In this document: piece by piece, positions 16,299-17,375 of the stretch | Layout of the letters: each line of letters begins with the position of its first letter | Numbering within the stretch: position 1 is the first letter of the stretch | Assembly (NCBI GenBank): GCA_037137395.1 | Contig: JBAXKK010000055.1 | Span: forward strand, 1 to 17,375 | Source: Elusimicrobiota bacterium | GTDB lineage: Bacteria > Elusimicrobiota > Elusimicrobia > Elusimicrobiales > UBA9959 | DNA: 17,375 bases | Reading direction: 5' to 3' | Notes under the pieces: generated by a model | Told to the model about the DNA's origin: nothing | Seen by the model: the letters and a program-made list of their open reading frames with translations, nothing else | The model's database searches: none | Translations under genes and position numbers: made by a program

Positions 16299-17177
16299 AT
16301 GGAAGAGTTAAACGATAAATCACCTGAAGACCTTGCCGGAGAAGGGGAGGGGGAAGACAATTTACGCTCCGCCGCTTTTCATTCCGTCCCGGTCCCCGCG
16401 CCGGTTCCGCCGTCCCCGGCGGCGCCAAAAACCACGGCCCCTTTGAAAAATCCGGCCGACCGCGGAAACATAAATTCAGACACCAGATTTTCCGGCATAG
16501 AAAGCATGCCGCGGGAAGCCGGGTTAAAAAGGCCGGTTCCGCCGCCGCCACCTTCGCAGGACAGGGAGCTGCTCAACTATCTGAAGCATAAGATAAATGA
16601 GCTGGAGGGGAAGCTGCGCGAGTCACAGGAAAAAGGGCTGGCTTTCGCTTATGAGCTGAAAGGCCGGGAAGAGGCGAGAAAAGAATCCCGCCGCGAGATG
16701 ACGGAATTTCTGGCCGAGGTAAAAAAGCAGCAGGCCGAGTCAGAATCCGAGCGCGCGCACGGCTTGGAAATGGAAAAAGCCAGGGCGCGCATAGAGGCGC
16801 TTGAACTTAAAATAATGGAATTTTCAGCCCCGCGGCCAGAGCCGCCGGTTCCGCCGCAGCCCGCAATTTCTGTGGAGGAATTTGAGAGAATGAAGGCCGG
16901 GCTCAAGGCGGAATTGGCTGTAGGTTTAGAGATACTGAGCCACAATTTTGTCTCCGTGGGAGAAGTGCGTGCCAGCATGCGCAAGATGACCGAGATGGAA
17001 GTCTATTTCAATAATTTTTCATCCAAGATCGCGGAGCAGGAAAGAAAAAGCGCCGAAGGCTCCGCCGCTTTGGACGCCCTCGAGGGCAAGCTGGAATGTT
17101 TTAAGACGCTTATTGACGACCTTAGAAGAGCTATGGATAAGCTCGACGCGCGCAATCCCTCCGATAACAAACACTAA
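16299..17177 (+). CDS. Hypothetical Pro-rich, coiled-coil protein
   Basis: 292-aa ORF with an acidic/Pro-rich, probably disordered N-terminus (PVPAPVPPSP, PPPPP) and two long E/K/R-rich heptad segments separated by a Pro linker. No TM helix or signal peptide. Confidence 0.75.
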   Translation: MEELNDKSPEDLAGEGEGEDNLRSAAFHSVPVPAPVPPSPAAPKTTAPLKNPADRGNINSDTRFSGIESMPREAGLKRPVPPPPPSQDRELLNYLKHKINELEGKLRESQEKGLAFAYELKGREEARKESRREMTEFLAEVKKQQAESESERAHGLEMEKARARIEALELKIMEFSAPRPEPPVPPQPAISVEEFERMKAGLKAELAVGLEILSHNFVSVGEVRASMRKMTEMEVYFNNFSSKIAEQERKSAEGSAALDALEGKLECFKTLIDDLRRAMDKLDARNPSDNKH

Positions 17178-17199
17178 CCCCAACTATTTTTATAAGGTA

Positions 17200-17375
17200 A
17201 CGGCATGCCTGCAAGTTCGCGGGGTTGCCGTAGGACTGGAACGCAAAATCAGGGTCGCCCGCTTTTTTAAATGATTACCTCTTGGAGCGGCTGCAGGGGG
17301 ATCTGGGTTAGCGAAACCGTACCGGAGTTCGGCGCTTGCATAAGCGCGCCGAGCGAGGTCCGGAAGGGCGAGCAC
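17200..17375. other. Structured non-coding segment (repeat element or ncRNA), probably cut by the window end
   Basis: Hairpin ACGGCA (17200-17205)/TGCCGT (17226-17231), and hairpin CCGGA-GTTCGGCGC (17322-17335)/GCGCCGAGC (17346-17354)...TCCGG (17359-17363). Confidence 0.4.

Noticed and set aside
17355..17375. SRP RNA helix-8-like AGGTCCGGAAGG
   Set aside because: The flanks deviate from the conserved CAGG...AGCAG internal loop (here GAGG...GCGAGCAC), the bases also fit an alternative hairpin, and the window ends. A covariance search would be needed to support it.
17190..17375. 61-aa minus-strand ORF
   Set aside because: Runs through palindromic sequence at the window edge with no recognisable protein features.

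Overview
Bacterial surface-protein locus with moderately high GC; the gene repertoire suggests Elusimicrobiota, which is an inference. In order: (1) a 5'-truncated secreted protein ending in an FGE-sulfatase/C-type-lectin domain. Its last ~140 nt look like a diversity-generating retroelement (DGR) variable region followed by a hairpin, but no template repeat or reverse transcriptase is in the window. (2) A minus-strand VapBC-like toxin-antitoxin pair set among heptamer arrays, a 26/27-bp inverted repeat and nested REP-like palindromes. (3) A ~3100-aa repetitive surface protein with FN3-like domains, a 7-blade beta-propeller, six ~110-aa repeats, eight ~155-aa 'YRD' repeats and a C-terminal T9SS-CTD/FlgD-like domain. 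(4) A PorV-like beta-barrel fused to TPRs. (5) A histidine kinase with no evident sensor domain. (6) An unusual FliF-C/FliG fusion with no other flagellar genes in the window. (7) A Pro-rich coiled-coil protein, followed by a structured non-coding tail.
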